A stretch of DNA of 64,000 nt from a plasmid: sequence record AP029160.1; one strand, 5' to 3'. The position numbers were made by a program, and so were the translations under genes. Positions 11,032 to 21,193 of the stretch are shown piece by piece. Within the stretch, counting starts at the first letter, position 1. Each line of letters starts with the position of its first letter. Under the pieces are notes generated by a model, which worked only from the letters and a program-made list of their open reading frames with translations, was not told the DNA's origin and made no database searches.

Positions 11032-11766
11032 AATTCTTCCCCTTCGTTTTAAATTTTCTTCTCTCTTAATTAACTTAATTTAAAGTTAAAGTCTAAAAAA
11101 ATCTTCTATTGATATGTCATAAATAAAAATAACATATTAATAGATGATCTTAATTTAAATGAGTTTTATACTTTACATTTAAAATAATATCTCTATATAA
11201 ATTTACACTTAATACAGCAAATTAATGCTATATTAAATAACTATTTATTTTATTCGTACGCCTCGACTCTTGATATTTATATCTGTAGTGCAACGCAGCT
11301 TGTTTTCAAATAACGAAAGTTAGTATTTTTAATTTCAGCAAAAAAAATTCAATCAATTACAGATTTCTTTAAATTTTCTGCAATTAATATCTAAAAAATT
11401 TATTTTTTCTGACAAAAAAAACTTTAATTTATAAAATTAGTGTTCATATCTATATGTAATATAAATACGATTCTAATAATTTTAATTAAATACCAACACG
11501 AATTCATATGTAGATTATCATGCACATATTTTTTTGTCAAGGGTTTAAAAATCCCTACTCGGATTAATTTTAGATGATAAATATATAATAATTTCAAGAT
11601 ATTAAAAAATTTTTAATCTCATATAATATTTTAATTTCAATAATTTTAATATGTTATAAATATAAATTAATTATCAGTGTGCATTTTTTTCTACACTGTT
11701 GGTCAAATGTAGCTAAATAGTATATAAAATAGTAATAAGTTACTAATCCGCTTATTTGAGAGAATT

Positions 11767-12342
11767 ATGACTGAAATAAATATAAAAGAAGAAGAAGAAA
11801 AACATACAAAAGCACTTTCACATTATCTTGAAAAATATCACAATAAAACTGGCTATTCTAATAGGGAAGTTTCAATGATATTAGATATAGATAGGAGCTA
11901 TTATAATAAAATACGCTTGCAAAAAATTACCCCATTAACTAGCGGTATTATTATGCTCAAAAAATTTGCTGCTCTAACAAACGAATCTGTTTTTAATTTT
12001 CTCTATGAAATGGAAGGAGTCCCGAAAGAGATTAAAGATAAAGATAATCAGTGGCTTGATATTTTAAAAAAACTTTTTGTAGAGTGCGGACCCATTCTCA
12101 GAAGAGCTTTAATTCACAAAAGAATTAAAAGTATTTTAAACGAAAGCAAAGAAAATAATAAAGAAAAAATAACTAAAATTTTTACATTAGTTACAATTCT
12201 TATAGATCTTGCTCATTTTGATGAATGGCTCGATTTAATATACCAATTATGTTTAAAATTACATACTGATTTAAATTTAGAAAAAGAGCCTGATCTTAAA
12301 GATTTAATTAAGTTCATTGAAGTTATTAAAAATAAGAAATAA
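11767..12342 (+). CDS. XRE-family helix-turn-helix regulator
   Basis: 191 aa with an N-terminal HTH segment (GYSNREVSMILDIDRSYYNKI). Confidence 0.45.
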   Translation: MTEINIKEEEEKHTKALSHYLEKYHNKTGYSNREVSMILDIDRSYYNKIRLQKITPLTSGIIMLKKFAALTNESVFNFLYEMEGVPKEIKDKDNQWLDILKKLFVECGPILRRALIHKRIKSILNESKENNKEKITKIFTLVTILIDLAHFDEWLDLIYQLCLKLHTDLNLEKEPDLKDLIKFIEVIKNKK

Positions 12343-14049
12343 ATCATTTTTATCAAAGAAATCATTTTTGCTTTGAAATACATAATCATAATTCATTTTA
12401 TCATCAACGAAACCACTTAGGCTTGTATGTAAAAATATTTTACCATCATATCCTAGCACATCTCTTAAAAATGTGAAATCAATTAACTTATTCAGAGGGA
12501 CATTATTAAAATAGTAATCAAAAATTACTAACTTTGTTTTAGATACATCAATATTATCTTTATATTCAATAATAAAATCATCAGGGTCATCAAAATAATA
12601 AACATTTTTATCACCTAGAATTAATTTCCATTTACTTAAGACAGATGTGTCATCATCTATAATAGTAATTACAAAATCATCTGGAATAATTGTTTCTATT
12701 TTAGCTTCTGATATTTTATCAACATGTTCAATTTTAAATGCAGGAATTTGCAACTTTACTTGAAAATATGAATTACTAGTTCCCTGCCCTTTTTTTGATT
12801 CACAAGTAATTAAACCGGAATAACTTTCAATAATTTTTTTACAGTAATATAAACCAGAACCATGTATCTTTACTTTATTACTATTAGAAGTAAATGTTTT
12901 CTCTAAAATTAAATTTATATTATCACTTTCAACGAATGAGCCTGTGTTTTTTACAATACAAACATAATACATTGTAGTATCGATTTTCTCTAATTCTGTA
13001 TTTACATAAACTCTTACCCAAGAAGAATTTAATGAGTGCTCAACTATATTTGAAAAAATATTAATAAATACTTGAATCATAGATTTTTCATTACCAAAAA
13101 ATATATGACTTTTAACTTTTGATATGTCAAAAGATATTTTATTATATGATAAAATATCTGATGCTGAAATTATACAGTTTTTTATATCATACTCTCCTTT
13201 TTTCGTATAATTTTGATTTATTAAGTTCCTAATATTAATGACAATCTTTTTCAATTGATCAAAATTTACATCATCTTTATCCAAATTATGAGGTAAACAT
13301 TCAATCATTTTTGAAAGATCATGTATAATAATTGATTTTTTAGTTGATTCTTTCGATGCCATTCTTATTTTCTTATTAAAACTTATGATCTGAACAACTG
13401 CATTATATAATTCAGTAATTTTTACTTTCTTCAATATTTCATTACATTTATTATATTCTTCTTTTTGAATTAGATTGAGGCAAATTTCAAATCTTTTTGT
13501 ATCTTTTTCAATATCTGATAAAATTTTATTTCTTCTTAGTAATATTATTGTTAATAATACTGATATAAATAAAAGAATTATAAACAGCAATATGAATTGT
13601 AAATATAAAAAATAATTACTATTATACTTCTTTTTTATTATATATGTAAACTGTTCTTTTGAATAAGTAACTTTTTTTACGAGACATATATAATTTTTAT
13701 TTAAAAATATATTAAAATTATTATAATCAATACAATCTTTTTTAAAGGATGATATTTCATCATCCTTTGAAGAAGTAAGAATTAAAACATTATTATTTTT
13801 TTCAATTTGAAACAAAGCTTGTCTGTGATTTTCTTGATTATTATAAGAAACAATGATAGAATTTTCATATATTCTTGAAAAGATTTCTAAATTTATCAAA
13901 TCCATTCTTATTTTATTATTATTGTTATATATAAAAATTATATAATGAAAAAATACTGATACAAATCCAATTATAAGTGAAGAAATAAATATTGACCTGA
14001 AAAGAATATTTTCTACAACTTTATTTATATTATATTTATTTTTATTCAA
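12304..14049 (-). CDS. Hybrid sensor histidine kinase (2 TM segments, HisKA/HATPase and C-terminal receiver)
   Basis: 581 aa. H-box IIHDLSKMIE, N-box VKNTG, G-box HGSGLYYCKKII..GQGT, and C-terminal receiver-like IIDDD / VIFDYYF. Confidence 0.65.
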   Translation of the reverse strand: MNKNKYNINKVVENILFRSIFISSLIIGFVSVFFHYIIFIYNNNNKIRMDLINLEIFSRIYENSIIVSYNNQENHRQALFQIEKNNNVLILTSSKDDEISSFKKDCIDYNNFNIFLNKNYICLVKKVTYSKEQFTYIIKKKYNSNYFLYLQFILLFIILLFISVLLTIILLRRNKILSDIEKDTKRFEICLNLIQKEEYNKCNEILKKVKITELYNAVVQIISFNKKIRMASKESTKKSIIIHDLSKMIECLPHNLDKDDVNFDQLKKIVINIRNLINQNYTKKGEYDIKNCIISASDILSYNKISFDISKVKSHIFFGNEKSMIQVFINIFSNIVEHSLNSSWVRVYVNTELEKIDTTMYYVCIVKNTGSFVESDNINLILEKTFTSNSNKVKIHGSGLYYCKKIIESYSGLITCESKKGQGTSNSYFQVKLQIPAFKIEHVDKISEAKIETIIPDDFVITIIDDDTSVLSKWKLILGDKNVYYFDDPDDFIIEYKDNIDVSKTKLVIFDYYFNNVPLNKLIDFTFLRDVLGYDGKIFLHTSLSGFVDDKMNYDYVFQSKNDFFDKNDLFLIFNNFNELN

Positions 14050-14053
14050 AATT

Positions 14054-15169
14054 TTAATAACTATTCTCTTTAATTAAAAAAGTGTTTTCTAGTTTCAAAA
14101 CACCTTCTTTTAATACATATGTTGCAAACTTAAATTTATCTCTGGAAAATATTTTTTTTGTTTTAATTAATTTTTCAAATTCATACTTATCATTAGGTCT
14201 ATATTTACAAAGGCTTTCCGTTAATTTTGATACAAAATATTTCATATAATATGGATTATCCATAAGTCTTCTAGATATCTGATCATTATCAACAATTTGT
14301 AATTTAATCGAATCATAGTCTGCCGGTGGAAGGGGTCTTACAGTAAAACCATTAGCTCTCTTTAAATTATAGTTTAAAGTTAAATCACTGCTAACGTCAG
14401 TCCCCCAGATTTTCGCTCCAATAAATATAAATTGATTTAATTCTGTTTTAGCTATAAATAATCCGGAATCTGTTCCATCTAGGTTTAATAATATAAAATC
14501 AGGATTAATTGATAATATATTCGATTTAATTTCATTAAAATCATTTTTATTAAAAATAATTTCACCTTTTAAATTAAATCCTTTGTTTTGAAAAAGTTTT
14601 CGTGCTGAATTTTTGTATATTTGACACATGTCACATGTATTATCTGTGATCATCAAATAATTTCTTCCAAGATTTTTATCTTCTACTACTTTAATAAGAG
14701 CACTTATTTCAGCATCAACACTTGGTGACATGGTTATGGAATTATCTTGATCTCTTAATAAAGTAAAAGAAGTAATATGTGGGATCCTGCTATTTAATAA
14801 TTGGTGAGCTAAAAAGTAGCTGGTATTCATTTCTGGTCCATAAACAATCCATGAATTATTTAAATTAATTTGATCTACTATATTTTTCAATGAAATTCTG
14901 TTTCGCATATTAAAACCATTAAATTTATAACTAAAATAATATCCACATTTCTCGGCTTGATTTTGATATAAAGTTAAAGCCATCGGTAATCCAGAAATAA
15001 TTTGTAACCTTTCACTTGTTGTATATGTTGCATTATTTACGGTTGAATCATCGTTTGTTTCAAAAGGAAACAAACCCGATATTCTTACTTCTTTCAAATG
15101 TAAAGAATATGCAAATTGACTTAATAAAGGAATTGTTAAAATAAATAATATTTTCTCTATTTTATTCAT
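14054..15169 (-). CDS. Periplasmic ligand-binding protein (type-I PBP fold), cotranscribed with the sensor kinase
   Basis: 371 aa with a signal peptide. Directly upstream of the kinase gene on the same strand. Confidence 0.45.
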   Translation of the reverse strand: MNKIEKILFILTIPLLSQFAYSLHLKEVRISGLFPFETNDDSTVNNATYTTSERLQIISGLPMALTLYQNQAEKCGYYFSYKFNGFNMRNRISLKNIVDQINLNNSWIVYGPEMNTSYFLAHQLLNSRIPHITSFTLLRDQDNSITMSPSVDAEISALIKVVEDKNLGRNYLMITDNTCDMCQIYKNSARKLFQNKGFNLKGEIIFNKNDFNEIKSNILSINPDFILLNLDGTDSGLFIAKTELNQFIFIGAKIWGTDVSSDLTLNYNLKRANGFTVRPLPPADYDSIKLQIVDNDQISRRLMDNPYYMKYFVSKLTESLCKYRPNDKYEFEKLIKTKKIFSRDKFKFATYVLKEGVLKLENTFLIKENSY

Positions 15170-15402
15170 TACTTATCCTAAATATAAATTTATATGATAA
15201 CTTCCACTTATATCCTAGTAGAATAAAATTTATAACATTTTATTCTAAATAATAAAATTTATAACTATAATAAAAATAATCTTTACCACTAATTATAGTT
15301 ATATCTAAAATATATTATAGATAAATATAGTCAATATAATATAAGTATTAATTTTATTTGAAATAATTAAAGCAATATTATATAAAGAGAAAATCTATTC
15401 TG

Positions 15403-16119
15403 ATGAAGAGGAATTCTATGAAAATAAAATTACTTTTTAGTTTAATAATCATTCACCATCAAACTATATATGCTTATATAGACAGTCCTCCAATCTCAAT
15501 AGTAAATTCGGAATCTTGCAAAAAAGAATGTGAAACACCATTTGGAGAAGTTTTAGGAGTTAACAATAATGTAAAAGCTTTTTCAAATTGCAATTCAAAC
15601 TGTATAAACAGGCCTGGATTTAAATTTAAAAAAGAAAACACAGGATTAGTTAAAGATGTTTGGATAGGTTTACCTTGGCAATGTGTTGAATATGTTCGAA
15701 GATGGGTTCTACAAAATCAAAAAATTGAATTTGAAGATGTTGATTTTGCGTATGAAATTTGGGAAAGAAAAATCGCAACAAATTTAACAAATGGTGCTTC
15801 AATTAAATATACTAACTTTGAAAATGGAAGTAGTTCTTATCCTAAAAAAGGAGATCTCCTTATATATAGAAAAAGTACTTCATTCCCATATGGACATGTT
15901 GCAGTAATTGTTAATGTTAATCTTATAAAAAGTTATGTTGATGTTGCTGAAGAAAATTTCCAAAATAAGAAATGGGAAGATGTGAGTTCATATTCTAGAA
16001 GAATAGAATTAAAAAAAGTTAACAATAATTATATCATTACTGACATAAGTTTTAAATCAAAAAAAAGATATACAAACTCTGATACAAAAATAATTGGTTG
16101 GAAACATCTTGAAGGATAA
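15403..16119 (+). CDS. Secreted CHAP-domain amidase/peptidase
   Basis: Signal peptide; catalytic Cys motif LPWQCVEYVRRW and His motif PYGHVAVIV. Confidence 0.6.
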   Translation: MKRNSMKIKLLFSLIIIHHQTIYAYIDSPPISIVNSESCKKECETPFGEVLGVNNNVKAFSNCNSNCINRPGFKFKKENTGLVKDVWIGLPWQCVEYVRRWVLQNQKIEFEDVDFAYEIWERKIATNLTNGASIKYTNFENGSSSYPKKGDLLIYRKSTSFPYGHVAVIVNVNLIKSYVDVAEENFQNKKWEDVSSYSRRIELKKVNNNYIITDISFKSKKRYTNSDTKIIGWKHLEG

Positions 16120-16131
16120 AGGATAAAGGAT

Positions 16132-16893
16132 ATGACATTTTCAATAATTGCATTCAATAATGATAAATCTGAATATGGGATAGCAATTTGTTCAGCAATT
16201 CCTTTTATTGGTAAGTATAGCGCTTTTGTATATCCTAATTTATGTGTGATAGCTGCTCAAGGAAAAGTGGACCCCTGCACAGCAATTACAATAAGAAATT
16301 GCTTGAAAGATAATTTATCTGAAATCCAAATTTTATCTATATTAGAAGAAAAAGATCCTTCTTTTAATAGAAAGCAGCTTAGTTTTTTAAATTTAAATAA
16401 TTACAAATTTACTAGCTATACAGGTAAAGATCTTGTTCATAGTAAAAACGAATATTCCGAAATACATGGAAAAATTATAACAGGGGAAAACTACATTATT
16501 TCTGGAAATTGTTTAGTTTCTTTGGAAACACTGGAAATAATGGAAGAAACATTTACTGCAAATAATCATATGAATCTTGATCTCCGAATTCTTGAAAGTT
16601 TAAAAGCTGGAAATAAAACTAAGGGTGATTTTAGAGGAAGACAATCTGCTGCACTTTATTGCTATAGATCAAAAGATGAATTTCCATATAGAACAATTGA
16701 TATTGATGAAAATCTTGCTCCAGTTGAAGAACTTGAAAGAATTTTTAACTATGCATCTACTCATTGGCAAAATGTTGTAGATTACTGTTTTTTTGATATG
16801 AAATTTGAGAGAAAGTATATGAAGGGCTCTGATTTTCCTACAGATATAATGAATTCAATTAACACATTAAGTTTACCTGTAAACAAAAGATAG
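16132..16893 (+). CDS. DUF1028-like (Ntn-hydrolase-like) protein
   Basis: N-terminus MTFSIIAF..EYGIAICSA resembles the DUF1028 MTFSIVA start. It is 12 bp downstream of the CHAP gene. Confidence 0.45.
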   Translation: MTFSIIAFNNDKSEYGIAICSAIPFIGKYSAFVYPNLCVIAAQGKVDPCTAITIRNCLKDNLSEIQILSILEEKDPSFNRKQLSFLNLNNYKFTSYTGKDLVHSKNEYSEIHGKIITGENYIISGNCLVSLETLEIMEETFTANNHMNLDLRILESLKAGNKTKGDFRGRQSAALYCYRSKDEFPYRTIDIDENLAPVEELERIFNYASTHWQNVVDYCFFDMKFERKYMKGSDFPTDIMNSINTLSLPVNKR

Positions 16894-17312
16894 ATATCTG
16901 AACTATGTCAGATCCCAAAGACCTTTAGACTCAGAGATCAATCATATCAATCACATTCCAAAAGTGAACGAGACTAAAATTGCTCAATAGACATAAGGAC
17001 TGTATGCTAAAAGTTCTATACACCTAGAGACTGGATAGCATACATGGATAGCCTTGGAAGAGACAAAACAAACACTTCAGAACCTCCAATGACTGAAATA
17101 AGATTCAAAGGTCGGTTCTGAATTTTTGATCATTATATGCACTTTTACCCCCCAATTTAGCATTCTGTAAGAAAGTACATATAACGTACAAAAATTAAGG
17201 AAAAAAATACGTATAATGAGATTTATATGTACTTTTTATACTAATTAAATTCAACTTCTAAAAATCTTAATATATAATCAAATTAATAAATTTTATTTTT
17301 AAGGAGATAATA

Positions 17313-17732
17313 TTGCAAAAATTATCATTGAAAAAAAAACTCACTCAATTATTAGTAGATAGAAAATTTTTAAGTACTTTACAATTAACTCTATCAGTAT
17401 TCATCTCTATGTGTATTTCATTTATCGGAACTGCGAATAATTCTTTATGTGAAAAGATTTTAATAATTTTCATGAATATAGTTCTTTTTATAATTTTATA
17501 TGGAATAAACCAGAAAATATTATTACCTCTTAACAATTCTATTTTTGCAAAAAGAATTTATAAGTACGACAAAGAAAATAATTATTGCGTATCTCCAACT
17601 TCAATTAGATTTATTGAAAATTTAAACGAAAAAGAGCAGTATATTGTTGAAAGAGGTTTAGGGTTTATATATTTGGATACTTATCCAGAGTCTCTAAATG
17701 ATTCTGAATTTTTGGAAAAGTATCAAGTATAA
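17313..17732 (+). CDS. Small membrane protein (2 TM)
   Basis: 139-aa ORF with two hydrophobic helices and a ~70-aa C-terminal tail. Confidence 0.3.
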   Translation: MQKLSLKKKLTQLLVDRKFLSTLQLTLSVFISMCISFIGTANNSLCEKILIIFMNIVLFIILYGINQKILLPLNNSIFAKRIYKYDKENNYCVSPTSIRFIENLNEKEQYIVERGLGFIYLDTYPESLNDSEFLEKYQV

Positions 17733-17887
17733 ATGGTTATTTATTATGGTTTGGAAGAAGCCCTTTTCATAATCTTTTTTTTGACAATGAATCAGAGATT
17801 GAAAGCTTAATTGAGCTTCGTTTATTACATCCTAATAAACTTATTTATTATTGTAAAAAAACAAATGATAGAAATTTTAGTAATCAT

Positions 17888-18154
17888 ATGCCTCTTGAAT
17901 TATTTGATTTAGATTCATCTATTAAAATAACTCCAAATTCTCCAAGAAAATTTGAATGCTATAAAGCAACAAAACTTGTCATTGAATTAATATTATCCTC
18001 AGGAAAAAATAATTACAGAGATACTTCAAGAGTTGTAATTTCATCAAAACTTCAAAATAATTGCACTGTTGAATATTGTAATTACATTGAAAGTGATGCT
18101 TCTCGAAATTTAAATTGCAAATTATACTCAATAGTACCAAATCACATAAAATAA
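17888..18154 (+). CDS. Small hypothetical protein
   Basis: 88-aa ORF. Confidence 0.2.
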   Translation: MPLELFDLDSSIKITPNSPRKFECYKATKLVIELILSSGKNNYRDTSRVVISSKLQNNCTVEYCNYIESDASRNLNCKLYSIVPNHIK

Positions 18155-18196
18155 AAAATGAAAATATATTAATGAAATAATAGGATAAAATATCTT

Positions 18197-19093
18197 ATGG
18201 CGTTATTAAATAGTATAATTGGTAATGAAACTAACTATTCAGAAGCTAGCTTTGAAAAAGTAGTTTTTTGTTATCTGGATATTTTAGGATTTAAAGATAA
18301 GTTAAATAAATTTGGTACAAATTTTATTAAAATGATAGCCAATTCTTTTAAAAAATCCATAAATGAATTGAATTTAATATGCCAAAAAAATAACCAAAAT
18401 ATCGGGAATGATTACGGATCAATTTCATTCAAAATATTAAGTGATTCAGTATTGATATGGAATTCTGATATTTCTGAAATAGGTATATGGAATCTCATAA
18501 ATGTAATCCAGTTAATTAGAAGTAATTTTCATAATGATGGTTTTTTGATTCGAGGAGCGATTGATATTGGTGAACATTTTTATGACCAAGATATATTAGT
18601 TAGCCCTGTACTTATTAAGACATATAGTGTTGAATCAAAATTAGCAATTTTTCCAAGAATTATTATTTCAAGTGAAACAAAAGATTTTGCAATGAAAATT
18701 AAATTCAGTGATTGTGGAAAAAGTGGGGTATTATCGTCTGATGAAAAAAAGTTTCGTTTTGTAAGACCATTAGAAATTGAACAGGATAAGACTGATGGAT
18801 TTTTTATTATAAACCAATTTTTATCAACACCTGAAACATATTTTTTAAGATTTAATAGTAATAATCTTGATGACATTCAACCTGATTCAATTAATCGCCA
18901 GAGAATTATTGATGAAGGATATAATTGGTATGATGAATATAGAAAATCAATTATAAATGAATTTAATAAATGTAGTGATCAGACTATTCGCAGAAAAATT
19001 TACTATCTTTCACAAAAGATGAATGAAGCTGTTCTTTTTTGTGAAGGCAGATTAACCAATCAACAAATCCAAAAACTCATACTTAATTTATAA
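18197..19093 (+). CDS. Class III nucleotidyl cyclase-like (CHD-fold) protein with an uncharacterised C-terminal domain
   Basis: VVFCYLDILGFKD matches the first metal-Asp motif (FxDIxGFT). FKILSDSVLIW aligns to the second Asp motif, FLIRGAIDIGE to RiGihtG, and SPVLIKTYSVES to GdtVNlAsRlE (the Asn/Arg are not conserved). Confidence 0.4.
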   Translation: MALLNSIIGNETNYSEASFEKVVFCYLDILGFKDKLNKFGTNFIKMIANSFKKSINELNLICQKNNQNIGNDYGSISFKILSDSVLIWNSDISEIGIWNLINVIQLIRSNFHNDGFLIRGAIDIGEHFYDQDILVSPVLIKTYSVESKLAIFPRIIISSETKDFAMKIKFSDCGKSGVLSSDEKKFRFVRPLEIEQDKTDGFFIINQFLSTPETYFLRFNSNNLDDIQPDSINRQRIIDEGYNWYDEYRKSIINEFNKCSDQTIRRKIYYLSQKMNEAVLFCEGRLTNQQIQKLILNL

Positions 19094-19230
19094 AAATATC
19101 ATTTTTGATTCGTTGTCAGTCTCAATGACTTTGGAAACTGACATTGTCACAAATTTAATCTTGTTAATCTATTGCAAATTAAAATATTTTTATTACAGTC
19201 AATTGACTGTTAAATTTTGGAGATAATTTT

Positions 19231-19659
19231 ATGAAACTTGAAGGCAAATATTATTCCAGTAATGGAAGATGGTGTGCAAAGATTGATCTGCTTGATGTTA
19301 TAGAACTTTCTTCAAAAGATCTTGAAGATCTATTCATTAAACTAAATAATCGTTTAATGCTTATGTTTAATAAAAATTCAAAAGAAAAATTTAATGATAA
19401 TGATTTTATAATTGAAATTGTTGATGAAGTTAGATTTTACATTAAGTTCAAAAACTTCAAACTCGCAACATCTTCAATATTTAAAAGCATAAGAAACAAA
19501 GAACGTTTTTCTCAAGCTAAAATTGCTGACAAATTAAATTGTGCAACTTCAAGTTACTCTCAGTACGAAGAAGCTAAAAGAGAGCCTTCTATTTCTACAT
19601 TTAATAAAGTCCTTGATGGATTTGGATATGAATGGGAATTAGTATTAAAGAAACGCTAA
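19231..19659 (+). CDS. HicB-like protein with C-terminal XRE-type HTH
   Basis: 142 aa. C-terminus SQAKIADKLNCATSSYSQYEEAKREPSISTFNKVLDGFGYEWEL. A paralog lies at 25195-25638. Confidence 0.45.
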   Translation: MKLEGKYYSSNGRWCAKIDLLDVIELSSKDLEDLFIKLNNRLMLMFNKNSKEKFNDNDFIIEIVDEVRFYIKFKNFKLATSSIFKSIRNKERFSQAKIADKLNCATSSYSQYEEAKREPSISTFNKVLDGFGYEWELVLKKR

Positions 19660-19927
19660 ATGCACAAAAATTAAACAAAATCATTTAAAAGCGTTTTAAG
19701 GCTCATAAAAAAAATTTAATGAAGGTTACTATTCATTTTAGAAAAAAATTCAGCAGAATCATTTTAAAACGACATTTGAAGTTATTTTTTTCCTAGTGTC
19801 ATAATCCAATAACATTTAAAGAAATAAAAATTTAATTCTTGTGCTAACAAAGTGCTAACATGTTAGTACAAGTAATATTTGCTGGAACATTTATAGAATT
19901 TGAGTGTTGCTTTAAAAACGTCAATGA

Positions 19928-19993
19928 ATCTTCTACGGATCTTCTACGGATCTTCTACGGATCTTCTACGGATCTTCTACGGATCTTCTACGA
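19928..19993. repeat. Tandem direct repeat, 6 x 11 bp (ATCTTCTACGG)
   Basis: Five perfect units plus a last unit ending in A. Confidence 0.9.
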
Positions 19994-20217
19994 ATCAAAC
20001 AATCGCTCATAGACTAATGTTTTGAATGATTTTGCAATATCAAAAGAAATCCTGAAAAAAAGTTTTTTTCAGGATTTAAACAACGAAGCCTGTGGCGAGG
20101 CGTTAGTTAGTAAGCCTCAACGGCGTTTGAGTTGGCAAGTAGTTATTAAGATCAAAGATACTAATGTAAGGTAAAGTTGGAAAAAAGATTTCCTTATTTT
20201 TCAATAATTTTAGCATC

Positions 20218-20500
20218 AAAACTCTCACATCTCACTCACATCTCACTCACACAAACTCTCACATTTTTCTCACAAAACTCTCACACGATAATCAATAATT
20301 TCAATAAGTTATAAGAGACCTTTTTTTTAACTCTCACATGTGAGACTCACAAAACTCTCACATGTGAGACTAATGCTTCAGCAATTGAAAAGCTTAATGC
20401 TTTTATTATTTGCAATTTAAATATTTCAAATTTCTCACATTTTAAAAATTTGACTTAAAAACCTTGTTAATTTAAGATAAACTTTCACTCACATTAAATT
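20218..20500. promoter_or_regulatory. Array of CTCACA-containing repeats, including two 14-bp perfect palindromes TCTCACATGTGAGA, upstream of ORF 20513
   Basis: AAACTCTCACA at 20218, 20253 and 20275; palindromes at 20332-20345 and 20356-20369; further CTCACAT copies at 20431 and 20485. Confidence 0.5.
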
Positions 20501-20512
20501 GGGAGATACATC

Positions 20513-21166
20513 ATGGAAGAAATTATAGAAATATCTGAAACAAAGAATTACCACGCATTTGGTGTTTACTTAGGCAGGAGAAAACTATCAAATGCTCATA
20601 AATTATCGAGACTGTTGATTGAAAAATTTGCATTAACTAAAAAATATAAAGACTGGCAAAACATTTCTGCGGATGAACTAAAAGAAAAAGGAATACTTCC
20701 TTGTAAAAGACACTCTACTTTCTCTCAATGGCGTGATGCTGTTCTAAAAGCAGGAATACTTATATGTATGGCAACTAAAGAAGAGCTTAAAGAAGAAGCT
20801 CCTAATTATAAAGGAAATATGTTTAAGATTGGCGATAAAGCAAGAAAATATATTGACATTGCCATTCAAGAAAATCTACCAAGAAAAGTTGATGAGATAG
20901 GTGATAAAGTTGATTTAATCGGTAGTGATGTAGAAAAATTAAAATCTGAACTCGAACAAACTAAATTAGCACTAAAAGAAACTAACAAAAAAATAGAAAA
21001 AGTTGCGGAATACGTCTTACATCAAAATCCGCCAGATACTCCAGAACGCAAACAAATTGTTGTTGACAATATAGATAATCTTCCAAAAGCTTTAGAGCTT
21101 CTTGCAGAACAAAGAAAATTAGTGGATGAAAATATAAGAAATACTGGTAGGATGTGGGCTAACTAA
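20513..21166 (+). CDS. Hypothetical protein, candidate iteron-binding Rep or regulator
   Basis: 217 aa with a coiled-coil C-terminus. It sits immediately downstream of the repeat array. Confidence 0.35.
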   Translation: MEEIIEISETKNYHAFGVYLGRRKLSNAHKLSRLLIEKFALTKKYKDWQNISADELKEKGILPCKRHSTFSQWRDAVLKAGILICMATKEELKEEAPNYKGNMFKIGDKARKYIDIAIQENLPRKVDEIGDKVDLIGSDVEKLKSELEQTKLALKETNKKIEKVAEYVLHQNPPDTPERKQIVVDNIDNLPKALELLAEQRKLVDENIRNTGRMWAN

Positions 21167-21193
21167 TCTTTATAAATAATAGATATAATTATA

